This document shows positions 45,457 to 56,900 of a stretch of 64,000 nucleotides of DNA, one piece after another. The stretch comes from a virus. Position 1 is the stretch's first letter, and each line of letters starts with the position of its first letter. Made by a program: the position numbers and the translations under genes. Below the pieces are notes generated by a model. That model had not been told where the DNA came from. It did no database searches and worked only from the letters and a program-made list of their open reading frames with translations. The DNA is taken from positions 3,722 through 67,721 of the IMG/VR virus record IMGVR_UViG_3300023184_000106. One strand, written 5' to 3'.

Positions 45457-48400
45457 CTAAGCGTATTGAATCCATATGTCACCACGTAAGCCATCTGTAT
45501 GTGATGATGTTTTTGCTCCAGTGCCCATGCCAATATTTCTCATGTAATAAAGACCATCCGAAGCGGTTCCTCCAATAGCGCCCCCGTAGCTGGTGCTAAC
45601 TTCTTTGCCTCTAAAATATATGCTGCCCGCCGACTCGATTTCTATGGAATACTTTGTGCTTCCATTTGCATCAGTATACCCCAAAGTTGTAGTACTTGAA
45701 TTGAGTGAAAGGTAAGATGATGATGCTGGATATCCAAGTGCTGTTTTAGATCCGTGCTGAAATATACTTTCGCTTCCGTCAGCAAATGTGAAAAGTGATG
45801 TGGCAACTGCATTACTTGAATTTAATAACTCAATTGTATTATTAGATCCATTAATTCTAACAGCTCCATATCCTGAACCAGCCGTTGTGAGTGAAGCTCC
45901 AACTATGGCTCCATTTGAAATAGATGCAGATCCACTATAAATAATTCCACCAGTAATTGTTGCACCAGAAATTGTTCCAGTTGCAGAGTTTAATGAAATT
46001 GCACCTTTGTATATAGAATCTGTTCCTATACTCCATCCGCCAATGAATCCTGTTGTGGCAGATATATTTCCCTTTATCACTAAGCCATCATCTGTAGAAT
46101 ACTTTAAATAGGTATCTGCTCCGCCTAAATAAATTGCTGGGGTATAAGATCCAGCTCCAACTGACTTCCACCCCATATACCATCCGTTTGTTGTATCGGT
46201 ATAGCTAGTTTTTGATGAATAAATAGATGCACTACTAGTATCAAGCGTTAACCCTAATATTAAATTACCCGTTGTTGAGTCAAATTTCTTTGCTTTTCCT
46301 GCTGCTACCGCTGCTGCGGAAGCTGCGGCAGCTGCGGCCAAATTAGCAGCAACCGCTTTACCATCTGCGACACCTGCTGCATCATCTGCGTCTGCAGCTA
46401 ACTGAGCTGCGGCATCTGCGGCATTTTTGGCAACAACCGCTTTACCATCTGCTGTTACCGCTTTACCATCTGCTGTTACCGCTTTACCATCTGCTATTGC
46501 AGCTGCAGCTAAAGCTGCTGCGGAATCTTGAACAACCACCCATGCGGCTGGAGTTACTAACGTACTCCATTGATAAACTTTACTATTATCGTCCGTATCT
46601 ATCCAAAGGTCACCATTTTTATATGAGCTTCCCGATGGTATAGAAGGGCTTCTAAAAATACTTGCTTTGCTATCAATTATTGTACTTAGTCCTGATCCAT
46701 TTGTTAATGTTATATTTCCTTCAATAACCGCACCCGTTGCATGCAATATTCCGCCTGCAGTTACTCTAAAGTTTGCTCCAGTAACTGAGGTTCCGCCAGT
46801 TGCAGATTGTCCTGCCCATAAAACAATATCGTCGACTGAAGCTGATTTTGGCTCTATCCCAACATAATACGCTCCGCTGCTGGCAATAATTTTTCCTGTT
46901 GAGTTTAAAGTAATACCATTTTTGCTTATTGTGCTTGCGTTGACATCCCAACCACCAATATTTGCTAGAGATGTACTTAGCTTTCCAGTTTCGGCATCTA
47001 TTGTTGTTATGTCTGTAACTGTTGCAGAGTTAAATTTAAGCCCGCCAGTATTTAGCACAAATCCCTTACCCAGAAGGACTCCGCCAGTGTCTCCTGCACT
47101 TGTCACGGTATTTCCAGTTAGAGCGCCGCTATACAAAGATGCACCACTAGCAATACTTACATTTCCGCTAAATGATCCTTTTTTTGCCCGAAGGTCCCCA
47201 GTTACTGTAAGAGAAGATCCGTTCCAACTCATATAATTATCTGCGCCGCCAACCTTTAATGATGCACCCTGATTTGAATCTATATACCAATAGTTGTGCT
47301 CAGTTAAAGAAATTCCTCTTTTACCCAAGAGGGCTTTGTCAAAATATCCAAATTTAAATGCTGTTGAATCTACATCGGTGGAATTTGCTTTTGCCGAAAA
47401 GTATCCAGATACATCTACTGTGCTGGCTATGTATGGAGTTCCGCCAACCGTGACATTGGTTCCAGATATAAAATCTGTTGATGTATTATTGTATGCATCG
47501 TATGTGGCAACTGCAATTTCATATACTAGCCCTGCGTTTAGGCCAGTCAGTCTGAAAGAAAGTCCTGCGCCTGGCGAGTTTACATATGCATATGGAGATA
47601 CTGGTGAAGTTACTGGTCTATATCGTATTGTGTATCCACGAATATCTCCAGTAGTGACTGCGGCCCAAGAAATGTTAGCAAAGCCATTGAATCCAATAGT
47701 GCCTAGTGAGTCTAATCCCCCGCTGGTTGTTACTGTGCCGACATTAGGTGGACCTGAAGTGCCTAGTGATACGGCGGCTAAAGGTTTTACTGTTACTGGT
47801 GTGCTAAATGATGTTGATCCGCCATTACTATCATAAAACTTTGCTTTGACAGATCTTGTTAATGTATTATTAACAGGAACAGATATTGGATTTGAAGTTC
47901 CCTGAGCCACCTGACTGTATCCAGAACCCGTATCTTCAAAGATATAGATATTGTCAAATGGCTTATCAGTTTGGTTGTTATAAGAAACATTATATGAAAG
48001 TGTTCCAGCTGTTGCGGTAATGGTTGGAGTATCTAAAGGAGTTGAATACGTAAGAGTCTGTGCATTAACTAATGTGCTAACTTGACCGAATGTATCTCGT
48101 ACTAATATAAAAACTTCAAACTGTGAAGCAAATAGTCCAAAGCTAGCTTTATTATCTGTGGCTGATAAAAAGAATGATTGGCTGGTTGAAGATTTATTTA
48201 CTGGAGACCAAAAAGTTCTAGTTTTGGAGTTTGCTGTTAGTGTTATTAGGAAATAATCTGCATCTTTATTTGAATTGGTGGCATCTACCGCAGATGGATC
48301 AAAAGTAAAGGTAATCATTAATGCATCAGTCTTTGATGTCAAATCATCCTTTACCCATCTTCCTTGAAGATTAGTAACTGGCTTTGGGCTTTTATATACC

Positions 48401-48882
48401 TCAACACAATATTCATTTGAAAATCCAGACAGTGTGCCGAGCATTGATTCCGCTTGAAGTTTTACACAATATTGACCAGCGTTTACTGGTATAGTCAATA
48501 ATCCAGCTTGCGTAAATGATTGTGCAGCTTTAACATATACTGCCCCAAATGATCCGCCCTTTATCCAAACATTTACTTGTTTAAAGTTTAATAACGGCAT
48601 GTTGGTTAAATCATTGCCGTCCCAATTAATTAATAGGAAACCATTTTTTGCAGTTAAATCTGAAGATCGAAAATTTGGAGCTGGAAAATCTGGCTCTTCA
48701 TTTGTAATCAATGGGAACACATCCGAAGGACTACTTATTCCGCCTAGGCCGAGTGATGGGTCTTCATACTCCCAAGCAAATCTTAATCCATATATGGTAT
48801 CTGGATCCAGGTCAGTAAAAACAAGATCGACATATTTACCGTCATCCGTTTTAGATTGATTGACAAGATCCTCAAAAGCCAT
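45457..48882 (-). CDS. Large tail protein with FN3-like domains and fibre-like C-terminus
   Basis: ISWAAV...GYTIRYR...LTGLNAGLVYEIAVAT FN3; GDLWIDT; IGGW repeats; ends GDIWIQYA. Confidence 0.7.
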   Translation of the reverse strand: MAFEDLVNQSKTDDGKYVDLVFTDLDPDTIYGLRFAWEYEDPSLGLGGISSPSDVFPLITNEEPDFPAPNFRSSDLTAKNGFLLINWDGNDLTNMPLLNFKQVNVWIKGGSFGAVYVKAAQSFTQAGLLTIPVNAGQYCVKLQAESMLGTLSGFSNEYCVEVYKSPKPVTNLQGRWVKDDLTSKTDALMITFTFDPSAVDATNSNKDADYFLITLTANSKTRTFWSPVNKSSTSQSFFLSATDNKASFGLFASQFEVFILVRDTFGQVSTLVNAQTLTYSTPLDTPTITATAGTLSYNVSYNNQTDKPFDNIYIFEDTGSGYSQVAQGTSNPISVPVNNTLTRSVKAKFYDSNGGSTSFSTPVTVKPLAAVSLGTSGPPNVGTVTTSGGLDSLGTIGFNGFANISWAAVTTGDIRGYTIRYRPVTSPVSPYAYVNSPGAGLSFRLTGLNAGLVYEIAVATYDAYNNTSTDFISGTNVTVGGTPYIASTVDVSGYFSAKANSTDVDSTAFKFGYFDKALLGKRGISLTEHNYWYIDSNQGASLKVGGADNYMSWNGSSLTVTGDLRAKKGSFSGNVSIASGASLYSGALTGNTVTSAGDTGGVLLGKGFVLNTGGLKFNSATVTDITTIDAETGKLSTSLANIGGWDVNASTISKNGITLNSTGKIIASSGAYYVGIEPKSASVDDIVLWAGQSATGGTSVTGANFRVTAGGILHATGAVIEGNITLTNGSGLSTIIDSKASIFRSPSIPSGSSYKNGDLWIDTDDNSKVYQWSTLVTPAAWVVVQDSAAALAAAAIADGKAVTADGKAVTADGKAVVAKNAADAAAQLAADADDAAGVADGKAVAANLAAAAAASAAAVAAGKAKKFDSTTGNLILGLTLDTSSASIYSSKTSYTDTTNGWYMGWKSVGAGSYTPAIYLGGADTYLKYSTDDGLVIKGNISATTGFIGGWSIGTDSIYKGAISLNSATGTISGATITGGIIYSGSASISNGAIVGASLTTAGSGYGAVRINGSNNTIELLNSSNAVATSLFTFADGSESIFQHGSKTALGYPASSSYLSLNSSTTTLGYTDANGSTKYSIEIESAGSIYFRGKEVSTSYGGAIGGTASDGLYYMRNIGMGTGAKTSSHTDGLRGDIWIQYA
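46436..46495. repeat. In-frame 21-bp tandem repeat (about 3 copies, ADGKAVT)
   Basis: accgctttaccatctgctgtt x2 plus an 18-bp third copy; a further partial copy near 46352. Confidence 0.85.
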
Positions 48883-48886
48883 TTAT

Positions 48887-49744
48887 TTAAACTCCAAAAT
48901 TTAAATCTAATTTATATTCTAGAAGCATTTCTCTTCCAGCAATCTTTTCTATCTCAGTTATGTTTGCTCTTGCTACCATACCATACGTTGGGTCAAATGT
49001 ATCTTCATCATTAACTCTCAACCCATCAACACAAATTGAAGTTGTGCCAGAACTTGGGGTTACAACAATACCCACCTTAGATATTTTATTTTTTGATGGG
49101 CTTCCAACTACTGACATAGAGGCAAAGCCTAATTGCTTTATATTCCATCCTACAGAATGTCCCGTAAAGCTAAATTGATAATAATCCACGTCTGAGCTAT
49201 AAAATCTAACTTTAACTGAAGATAAGTTTGCATCATTTGCTTTGTATGAAAAAGATAGCGTATCAAAATTGCTATACCCCGATATATCAAAATCCTCTAC
49301 TATGGAAATGTATTCTTTTGCAGCTGAAGCATTAGAAGTAAATATCAAAGAGCTGTTACCGATTCTATAGTTAACTTGATCTATAGATGGTTCTGGGGTC
49401 CAGCTATAAATTGATTCAAAGTCTGTTATAAATTTATTATCAAAAGAATTTACGGATGTTCTAAGTCCTGGGTATATTGCAATTTCATTAATTTTACCCG
49501 CAAGGTTTGTTGGCAATGTTGCGCTAAATATTGCTGTATATGTTATTGGATTTGCCGATGTGTCTATATCGATCCCGCCAAATTTAACTGGAAGTCTATA
49601 AAACTCAAAACCTAATCTTGAGTTTGTTTCCGCTAGCGTATACTCTAAATTTTTTGCTATACCAATAGCCATATCTTTTTTCTCAAAAGACTGGTTGCCT
49701 GCTAAAAAACTTGTCAAAAATCTTTTACCAAATAGTGTTATCAT
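48887..49744 (-). CDS. Putative tail/baseplate structural protein
   Basis: Position in the tail module; MIT.FG.RF...AIG, INEIAIY. Confidence 0.55.
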   Translation of the reverse strand: MITLFGKRFLTSFLAGNQSFEKKDMAIGIAKNLEYTLAETNSRLGFEFYRLPVKFGGIDIDTSANPITYTAIFSATLPTNLAGKINEIAIYPGLRTSVNSFDNKFITDFESIYSWTPEPSIDQVNYRIGNSSLIFTSNASAAKEYISIVEDFDISGYSNFDTLSFSYKANDANLSSVKVRFYSSDVDYYQFSFTGHSVGWNIKQLGFASMSVVGSPSKNKISKVGIVVTPSSGTTSICVDGLRVNDEDTFDPTYGMVARANITEIEKIAGREMLLEYKLDLNFGV

Positions 49745-50088
49745 GTTCTTCCACCCCTTAAGACAGGAAGAGTGCTTGTTATTTTAAATTTCTTTACTGC
49801 ATCTGTTGAAGATATGTAGATTCTCATTTTTACCTTTACCCTAGCTATATTGTTTACATAATAAATTTCTTGCGTAACTGGACGTTGAATATCATCAATT
49901 TGAGGTCTTTCATCTTTATTGCTTGGTGGATCCACTGGGCCGCTACCTGGGTCTCCAACTCCAGCTTTAAACGGTCCTACAACTGATGTAGTTCTATTTG
50001 CTGCAAGGTTGGCCGTCCACACGGGATTTAGATAAAACTTATCTATTTCGTCTGGTATATGTGGTGTTGATTTGCCTGCTGTTGCCAT
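49741..50088 (-). CDS. Hypothetical protein in the tail module
   Basis: Start MATAGK lies 7 nt after TGGTATAAT (50096-50104). Confidence 0.6.
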   Translation of the reverse strand: MATAGKSTPHIPDEIDKFYLNPVWTANLAANRTTSVVGPFKAGVGDPGSGPVDPPSNKDERPQIDDIQRPVTQEIYYVNNIARVKVKMRIYISSTDAVKKFKITSTLPVLRGGRT

Positions 50089-50111
50089 AATATTCATTAT
50101 ACCATTTAGAG

Positions 50112-53100
50112 CTAAATTGCTCTACATGCTATCCTGGTTGTCACCCCCTCTGAAAACTGAAGTTGAACGTCTACCACTATATACTTACCAACTTGAGTTA
50201 TAAGCTCTTGTAAAGGATAGTTTATAGTTACAATATCACCTGGAGATATTAAGGGGTTTCCAAATATGTCTAAGTTGATTACCTTATTTTTATTTAGAAT
50301 AGATTCTTTAATCCATGTTGCTAAAGACTTTGCGTCCTGCTCGGACTGTATCCAGGTGGATTGAAATATCAAAGGTTCTTTTGAAGACATTTCAGTAGAG
50401 TCGTCGATTGAATATTCTATTTGGCCAGACTTATTAATTTCATTGCCAATAACAGAAAATGTACTAAATTGATTATCGTGTAATGGAACAAATGTTGAGG
50501 TGTTATTTAGCACGTACATCTCTGCACCAAACGGTTGAATCTTGCTATCCAATACAGTTACCTGCTTATTCCCTCCCACAGAAACTCTGAGTGGGATGGA
50601 AGGGCCTTCCGATTGAAATCTAACCTTTACTTTTCTTACTTCTCTTGCAGTTGAGCCAAATTCTAAAAGAGATCCATTTCTTGATTCCGCAGTCTCCCCA
50701 GGAGAATATATCAGGTCACCATAAAGAAGTGATATTGTGTCATCTGAATACACACCACTGTATTGATAAGATGATTTTGCGAATAAAGATTTGTATGTTG
50801 GCTTCCCGTCCAGTTTTGGAGAATCACCACTTTCTATTGCGGTTCCGTATACATAATCGTAATATGCTATTCCTTGTCCGCATATAATTCCAATATTTTT
50901 TGTAGGAGATAGTGGTGGGTATACCGCTGACTGCCCTTCTGAAACAATGTCTTCAGCTTGTATCTTAAACCCATTAACAAATACTGTAATAATATTCTTT
51001 TCGGCTGTACCCTTTACAAGTACATCTATATTATATGTTTCTGCAGCATATACTCCCGCCAATGTGTTTGCTGAATTGGTCTGGGTGTCTTTTAAAACTG
51101 TCACAGTGCCGTTTGCTCTTTTTTTAAGAATTCTAATATCCTTGCTTGTTTTTGCAAGTCCCGTAGTTGTTAGTACAACGTAATATCCGTAGGCTCCATT
51201 TGAGCTTGTAAAAAATGAAAATCCTCCGACCTGCTCTGAGCTGTCTTGAAAATTATTATCAAAAAACATTCTTGTTCCAAATGCGTGATATTTACTTGAG
51301 GTGTCTATAGAGCTAATTTCTTTTACACCTATTGTAAAGGTTGTTTTATCTTTATCAAAATTAGAAACTGAAATAAAAGATTTTGAAATAGATGATTCTG
51401 TCCATCCAGTAGGGGAGTTATAAAACTGGTTTGGATTTCCAATATATGTTGAGTCTAGGGACGACTTTAGGTTAATCTTGTATTTAGATATATCTGTGGA
51501 TTTAACTGGATGGGCTTTGGCTGTTGTCCCTAGAGCACCTCTTCCACCAGTAGGTCTACTTGTAGATATGGGAAGAATTTTATAACGGCCAGTGGGCTTA
51601 AAGAACGAAGAGCTTGGGTCTTGTGTGTTTGAGTAACCTGGTTTAGATAAGCTTTTATACTTATATATATCCGTTAAAGATTTTATTACTATGGGCAAAG
51701 CTTTATTATCAGAAGCAGTTTTTGGAACGTATTGATACTCTATGCCGTCATATTCAATAATTTCTCCATTTATTAAAGCATACCCACTAAAACCGTAAAA
51801 AGAATTTACATTGCTTTGTTGATCAATTGTGTTACTATTTAAATTAAAATAGGTTGTGTCAAGTTCTGTTAAAGGGGTTGCAAGAGAACCCGCTCCAAGG
51901 TACGATGTATCAGATTGCCATATTGGGGAAGATGAACCATCATAATCTGATGTTGCTGGGGCCTGCCAAAGTATTCTTACCGAGTTTGCTGATGAATTTT
52001 CTGTCTTATTTAATGAAATAATATTTGGCAAAACAGTTTTATTATTTACTGTAATTGTTTCACTTGTAAAATCCCAATCGACTGCTCTGTTGTAGTCATA
52101 AATATAATCTCTACTATAAAAATTTAACACATTATTTTCATCAACAGAAGCATTCATTTGAATATCTCTACATAACTCTTGTATTGTTTCCCATACTGTT
52201 TTATCTTCAGATGTCCAAAAATATCTTATTGTTGGAATTGATCCATCTTGTGCTCTTATATTTATTCTATAATTTGAAAATCCTATTGCATCTAGTAATC
52301 TTTTGATAGATGACGTAACTGGGGCATCTTGTACAAGTATAAGGGGGCACATAGTTTCTTGAAGTATTTTTGCCGAATCTAAAGCCGATATAGAAGTGTC
52401 TCCAAATTCATTAAACTGCCAGGATAGTGCGTAGAATGTTCCTTGAAAAATTTTATTATCTGTTGTGCCATCCTTTATATTGATATACGGCTTGATAATT
52501 ATGTTTTTATGTAAATAAATTTTTGTGCTATCAATATCGCTATCACGATTATATTCTTTAATGATTAAACTATCTTGGCTAAATTTATTAATATTTATGT
52601 TTAACATATTTGCAGTCAATGTGCCAACAGGCAGCATAGAATTTTGATCCATACTCGTCTGCTTTGATATATCAAAAGATTGGATATCATTAGATATGTC
52701 TATTACCCATCTAGGACTTAACTCAATAACTCCTATTAGTTTTCCAGTTCCTGAATTTACTGCTTCTAAAGATATTTTTTTAAAAGATTGTGTTGTTGAA
52801 TATGAAGTTGGTTCTGTTTTAGACCAGGCAGTTCCATTGTAGTAGACAACGGCTTCTCCATTAGTTAAAGATGTTCCAGTTCCCAATGTAATTGTTGTAG
52901 AGTCTGATTTTGTTCCTTTAATTGTCCAGGAAGTTGGTACATCGTGACTTGTTTCAAATCTTGCAATAACCTTATTGCAAGGAACTAATTTTGCAACTGG
53001 AATAGATTGGTTGTCAAAATACTCAAGAGATAGCGATACATTTTGATTCTTTGGTCCTACCCAGTATTTGTATGTTGTATCAGCACCTGGATAATATAGT

Positions 53101-53423
53101 CTTGGTGAACCCGCTTCCATATCTCTAAATGAATAATAGGAATTTGGAGGGGTATCGGTTTGAACCCCAGGAGAGGTTTCTGTTGTGTATATATAGTATT
53201 TAATTCCTGGAGCAACTGGTCTCCATGGCTTGTATATTGTATCAATAGGGAATAGCTTTTTAAATGCATTTGATAAAGACGACACATGGTCTAGACCAGA
53301 TGAGGATGCGGTTATTTTGTCAACCATCGTATTTAAATTATATTCAATAATTGCACCTGCTGAGGTACTAATATTTACTGTTGATTTTAATAGATCTTTT
53401 ATTGAATCTGAAGCAGAGATCAT
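50112..53423 (-). CDS. Large minor tail protein (hub/Tal-like)
   Basis: 1103 aa; second gene downstream of the TMP; C-terminal GNPLISPGDIVTI motif typical of tail hubs. Confidence 0.65.
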   Translation of the reverse strand: MISASDSIKDLLKSTVNISTSAGAIIEYNLNTMVDKITASSSGLDHVSSLSNAFKKLFPIDTIYKPWRPVAPGIKYYIYTTETSPGVQTDTPPNSYYSFRDMEAGSPRLYYPGADTTYKYWVGPKNQNVSLSLEYFDNQSIPVAKLVPCNKVIARFETSHDVPTSWTIKGTKSDSTTITLGTGTSLTNGEAVVYYNGTAWSKTEPTSYSTTQSFKKISLEAVNSGTGKLIGVIELSPRWVIDISNDIQSFDISKQTSMDQNSMLPVGTLTANMLNININKFSQDSLIIKEYNRDSDIDSTKIYLHKNIIIKPYINIKDGTTDNKIFQGTFYALSWQFNEFGDTSISALDSAKILQETMCPLILVQDAPVTSSIKRLLDAIGFSNYRINIRAQDGSIPTIRYFWTSEDKTVWETIQELCRDIQMNASVDENNVLNFYSRDYIYDYNRAVDWDFTSETITVNNKTVLPNIISLNKTENSSANSVRILWQAPATSDYDGSSSPIWQSDTSYLGAGSLATPLTELDTTYFNLNSNTIDQQSNVNSFYGFSGYALINGEIIEYDGIEYQYVPKTASDNKALPIVIKSLTDIYKYKSLSKPGYSNTQDPSSSFFKPTGRYKILPISTSRPTGGRGALGTTAKAHPVKSTDISKYKINLKSSLDSTYIGNPNQFYNSPTGWTESSISKSFISVSNFDKDKTTFTIGVKEISSIDTSSKYHAFGTRMFFDNNFQDSSEQVGGFSFFTSSNGAYGYYVVLTTTGLAKTSKDIRILKKRANGTVTVLKDTQTNSANTLAGVYAAETYNIDVLVKGTAEKNIITVFVNGFKIQAEDIVSEGQSAVYPPLSPTKNIGIICGQGIAYYDYVYGTAIESGDSPKLDGKPTYKSLFAKSSYQYSGVYSDDTISLLYGDLIYSPGETAESRNGSLLEFGSTAREVRKVKVRFQSEGPSIPLRVSVGGNKQVTVLDSKIQPFGAEMYVLNNTSTFVPLHDNQFSTFSVIGNEINKSGQIEYSIDDSTEMSSKEPLIFQSTWIQSEQDAKSLATWIKESILNKNKVINLDIFGNPLISPGDIVTINYPLQELITQVGKYIVVDVQLQFSEGVTTRIACRAI

Positions 53424-53980
53424 GCTTCCTCCATACTTATGTCAACATTCCAGTATGATTGAATTCCTCTTTTAGCCAAGACAAAATTGCATGATGTAAA
53501 TATTACACTATAATCTACTTCAGAACTTGTCTTTACTTTAATATCAAACTGTCCTTGTCCCGCAGTGCTTTCATAAAATTCTTTTATATCTTCCGCTCCC
53601 CATGCTCCGTCAACTGTTTCATTTCTAAATGAGGGTAGCATTGTCCAAGATACGCTAAATGTACTTTTATCTGCAATAAAATATTTTCGCATTGAGCCAT
53701 TTGCCATTCTAGATTGTTGCTCAATTCTATTATTCCCAATAGTAAATTCTGATCTATTATGTTCTGAAACTCTTCTCCAGGCAACAGTATCTTTTGTTGC
53801 GTATACTAATCCATTTGTAGTTGATGTACTTAAATTGTAGTATTGCCCTGGGACAACTGTTGTTGCGCCCTTATATAAAAATGTAGGTGTTGGCGGGGAA
53901 ACTATTGCAAGATTAATTGCAAGAGGATCTTTTGCCTTAATTGATAAAGCTGACCCTTTTGGTAATACTTCATATGACAT
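53420..53980 (-). CDS. Putative distal tail protein
   Basis: Directly downstream of the TMP; RMANGSMRKY, WNVDISMEE. Confidence 0.55.
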   Translation of the reverse strand: MSYEVLPKGSALSIKAKDPLAINLAIVSPPTPTFLYKGATTVVPGQYYNLSTSTTNGLVYATKDTVAWRRVSEHNRSEFTIGNNRIEQQSRMANGSMRKYFIADKSTFSVSWTMLPSFRNETVDGAWGAEDIKEFYESTAGQGQFDIKVKTSSEVDYSVIFTSCNFVLAKRGIQSYWNVDISMEEA

Positions 53981-56900
53981 TAATTGCTCCTCCCTGGTCC
54001 TACTTGGCCGCTATAATTCTTTTCCATATCTTTAATAACCTTTATTGTTTTCATGGTTACCCTATTGCTTAATGACTCTATATCCATTCCTTCTGGAGCG
54101 GTTATATAGTTAGTAATATTTACTCCGCCTCCGCCCGAATTTCTTGTAGGCTCAAAGAATTTTTGCGCCTGTTGAACATCAAATCTAGGGGATGAGTATG
54201 GAATATCAGACATATTTGGAATAACCATATTACCAAACACCAATTCTGGTCCTCGGTCTCCAACAATTGTTGGGACCATTGGGTTAATTTTATCTATTCC
54301 GTACCCAGCCTTGACAACACCATATGTTGTATCATGGTCACCTGTGGGAGGTTGCATGATTTTCCAAGTTTTACCATCTTTATCAGTAAAGGTACTGCCT
54401 ACTTTGGGGGTTATCCCAGCTGCTTGGAATTGTCTAATATCCACTTCATATGATTTATTATTTCGTGAATCAGTTACAGTGCCAACTGATAAACCAGGTG
54501 TTGCTTTCGCTCCAGGGACCTTGTATCCCATTGCTGCGGCTAATTCTTTAATGGTCATTCCACCAGCAATACCCTTAACAATAGAATCTGCATTTTTATT
54601 TGCCGCTGCAATATCTGATGCTATTGTTCCAGCAATTGTTGGATTAATTCCCGTTGTTCCCATTACGCCGCCAGGTAAGAGTGGGGTAGTTGTCTTTAAA
54701 GGTGTTGGCTTACCATTTTTATCAAATAAATTTAATTTTTCAAATGCGTCTTTTACGCTTTTTGCTAGAAGCGTGTTGCCAGTACCAGATTTTTGTATTT
54801 CTGCAAATAGTGCAATAAGGTTTTCATTTGATGTTTTTGTAGCAGCGCCTTGTTTAGATGGATCAAGAAATTGAATATCATTTTTTTGCTGCAACAGATT
54901 TTCATATCTACCTTTAAATGCAGTTATTGCGGTTGATGCAGCTTGGGCATCAGCAGATTTTTCTGCTGCTATTGCTGCTTTTCTGGCAGCCGCATCTATG
55001 CTAGCCTGAACTGCTTCAGCTTTTTTCTGTGCCGCTGCTGCTTTTTTATCTGCATCATCACGTATAGCCTCTTGTGCAAGTTGCATTTGATATTCTTTTG
55101 TTAATTGCTGCTGTTTAATTTGAGCTTGTGCAGCTGCGGCCATATCTCCTCTTGCAATAGCATCTTGATATTCTAGTTGCGTTTGTAGTGAGTTTAGTTG
55201 ATAGCTTTCTGCATTTTGTATTTTTTGCATTGCCTTAAGCTTGGCATCTGCTTCATCTTGAATTAATTTAATTTTTTTATTAATTGCTTTAATTTCATCT
55301 TCAGCATTTCTTTGTGATTGCGCTGCTGCCCTTGCTGATGCTTGTGAGTTTGAATCGATTATTTTCTTTAGGCCTGTAAGGGTTTTCCCCATTGTTGAAA
55401 ATGTAGTTGATGGGCCTGCTGCTGTTGCAAGATTATTCATTGCAGTTCCAAAAGCTGAATTAAATGCTGCTAGGCCAATTGCTGCCTCTGAACTTATTTC
55501 TTTAAAGTTTACAACAATATCAGAACTGTACAATTGCCATTTAGCCAACATGCCAGCTATTGAGTCGGCGCTGTTTGATATTGCTTGGAATTCTGGAGGC
55601 AGATTAGAAAATGCGCTCTCGCCCATTCCTTTGGTAAATCCTGGAACACTTGAAAGCTTTTCCATTGAAATTCTAAATGCATCTGCTGCTGTTATAATTT
55701 TTCCAAACTCATCTTTGGTGCCAACAAGTGAGTTCTGGTATTGGCTAAAGGAATTTATAACAGAAGATATTCCTTCAATTGTTGCAGTTTTTAAATCATC
55801 AAAACCTGAATCTTTTATGCTTCCGTCAAGTACTTTTGTAAAACTTTCAATACTATATTTAGCAGCAGTTGCCTTATCGGTAATGCCCATAAATCCAGCA
55901 TCTGAAAGAACTGCAAATGCGCTACTTGCATTTTTTGAAACTGATATAGATGCGTAAATCTTTTTATTGGCTTCTTCAACACTCATGCCAGCTGCAAGGA
56001 ATTGAGCCTTTATGTTAGTTGCTGTTTGTATAATGTTATTCTGTCCTACAGAACTAAATGTATCTACAAACTCTCCTAAATTCTTTTTAGCATTTTCTTT
56101 TTCTTTTTTAAGATCTGTTATGGATAAAGTTAATCCTGGGACAGAAGACCCTTGATAAGCTCCCTTTGCTGATGCAAACATTGCTTTCTGTCTTTCTGAA
56201 ACAAGCTTCATGGTATCTGCTAACTTAAAGTATTTAATACCCGCTTGCTCGGCACCCTTTTCCGTCATACCAAAAGTTAATTGTGTATTTTGATGAAGTT
56301 GATCCATATGCTTTTTAAGAGCGTATATGGCTGATCCTAAAGTTATAATTGCGCCTATTGGGCCTGCAAATTTAAATTTAGTTAATACGTTAACAAATGC
56401 TTTTGCCGTAAAAGATCCACCTCTAAGTGCAGTTGCTGCTCCTTTTACTCCAGTAGCTAATGCTTTTGCACCACTTGCAAGTTTAGGACCCATCATAGGA
56501 AGTATGCTTGAACCAATCATTACTCCCATACCAAGATTTTGATTTTGTTGCATGAGCGCCATTCCAGCCATTTGGCCGCCCATCATAGTGCCCATTCCTG
56601 CTCCACCACTCATAGTTCCTCGTGGAGCAACTAGACCCTTTTGTACAGCCTGTTGTCTTGTTATTGCTTGTCCGTCTACTTGATATTGTGTTTTTCTAAA
56701 TCCCAGATATCCGCTCTTTCTGCTTTCTACAGTACCTACGCCTTCTACTTGACTTGACATCCAAGGGGTTAACCCTATAGGCCCAGTAATTGCGTTAGGT
56801 TTGTACTGCGTGTTAAGTGTCCCAGCTTCTCTATGTTGTTGATATGCTTCATTTCTTAATAAAGATCTTCCCATCTTGGCTTGAATTTCTGCTTGTCTTG

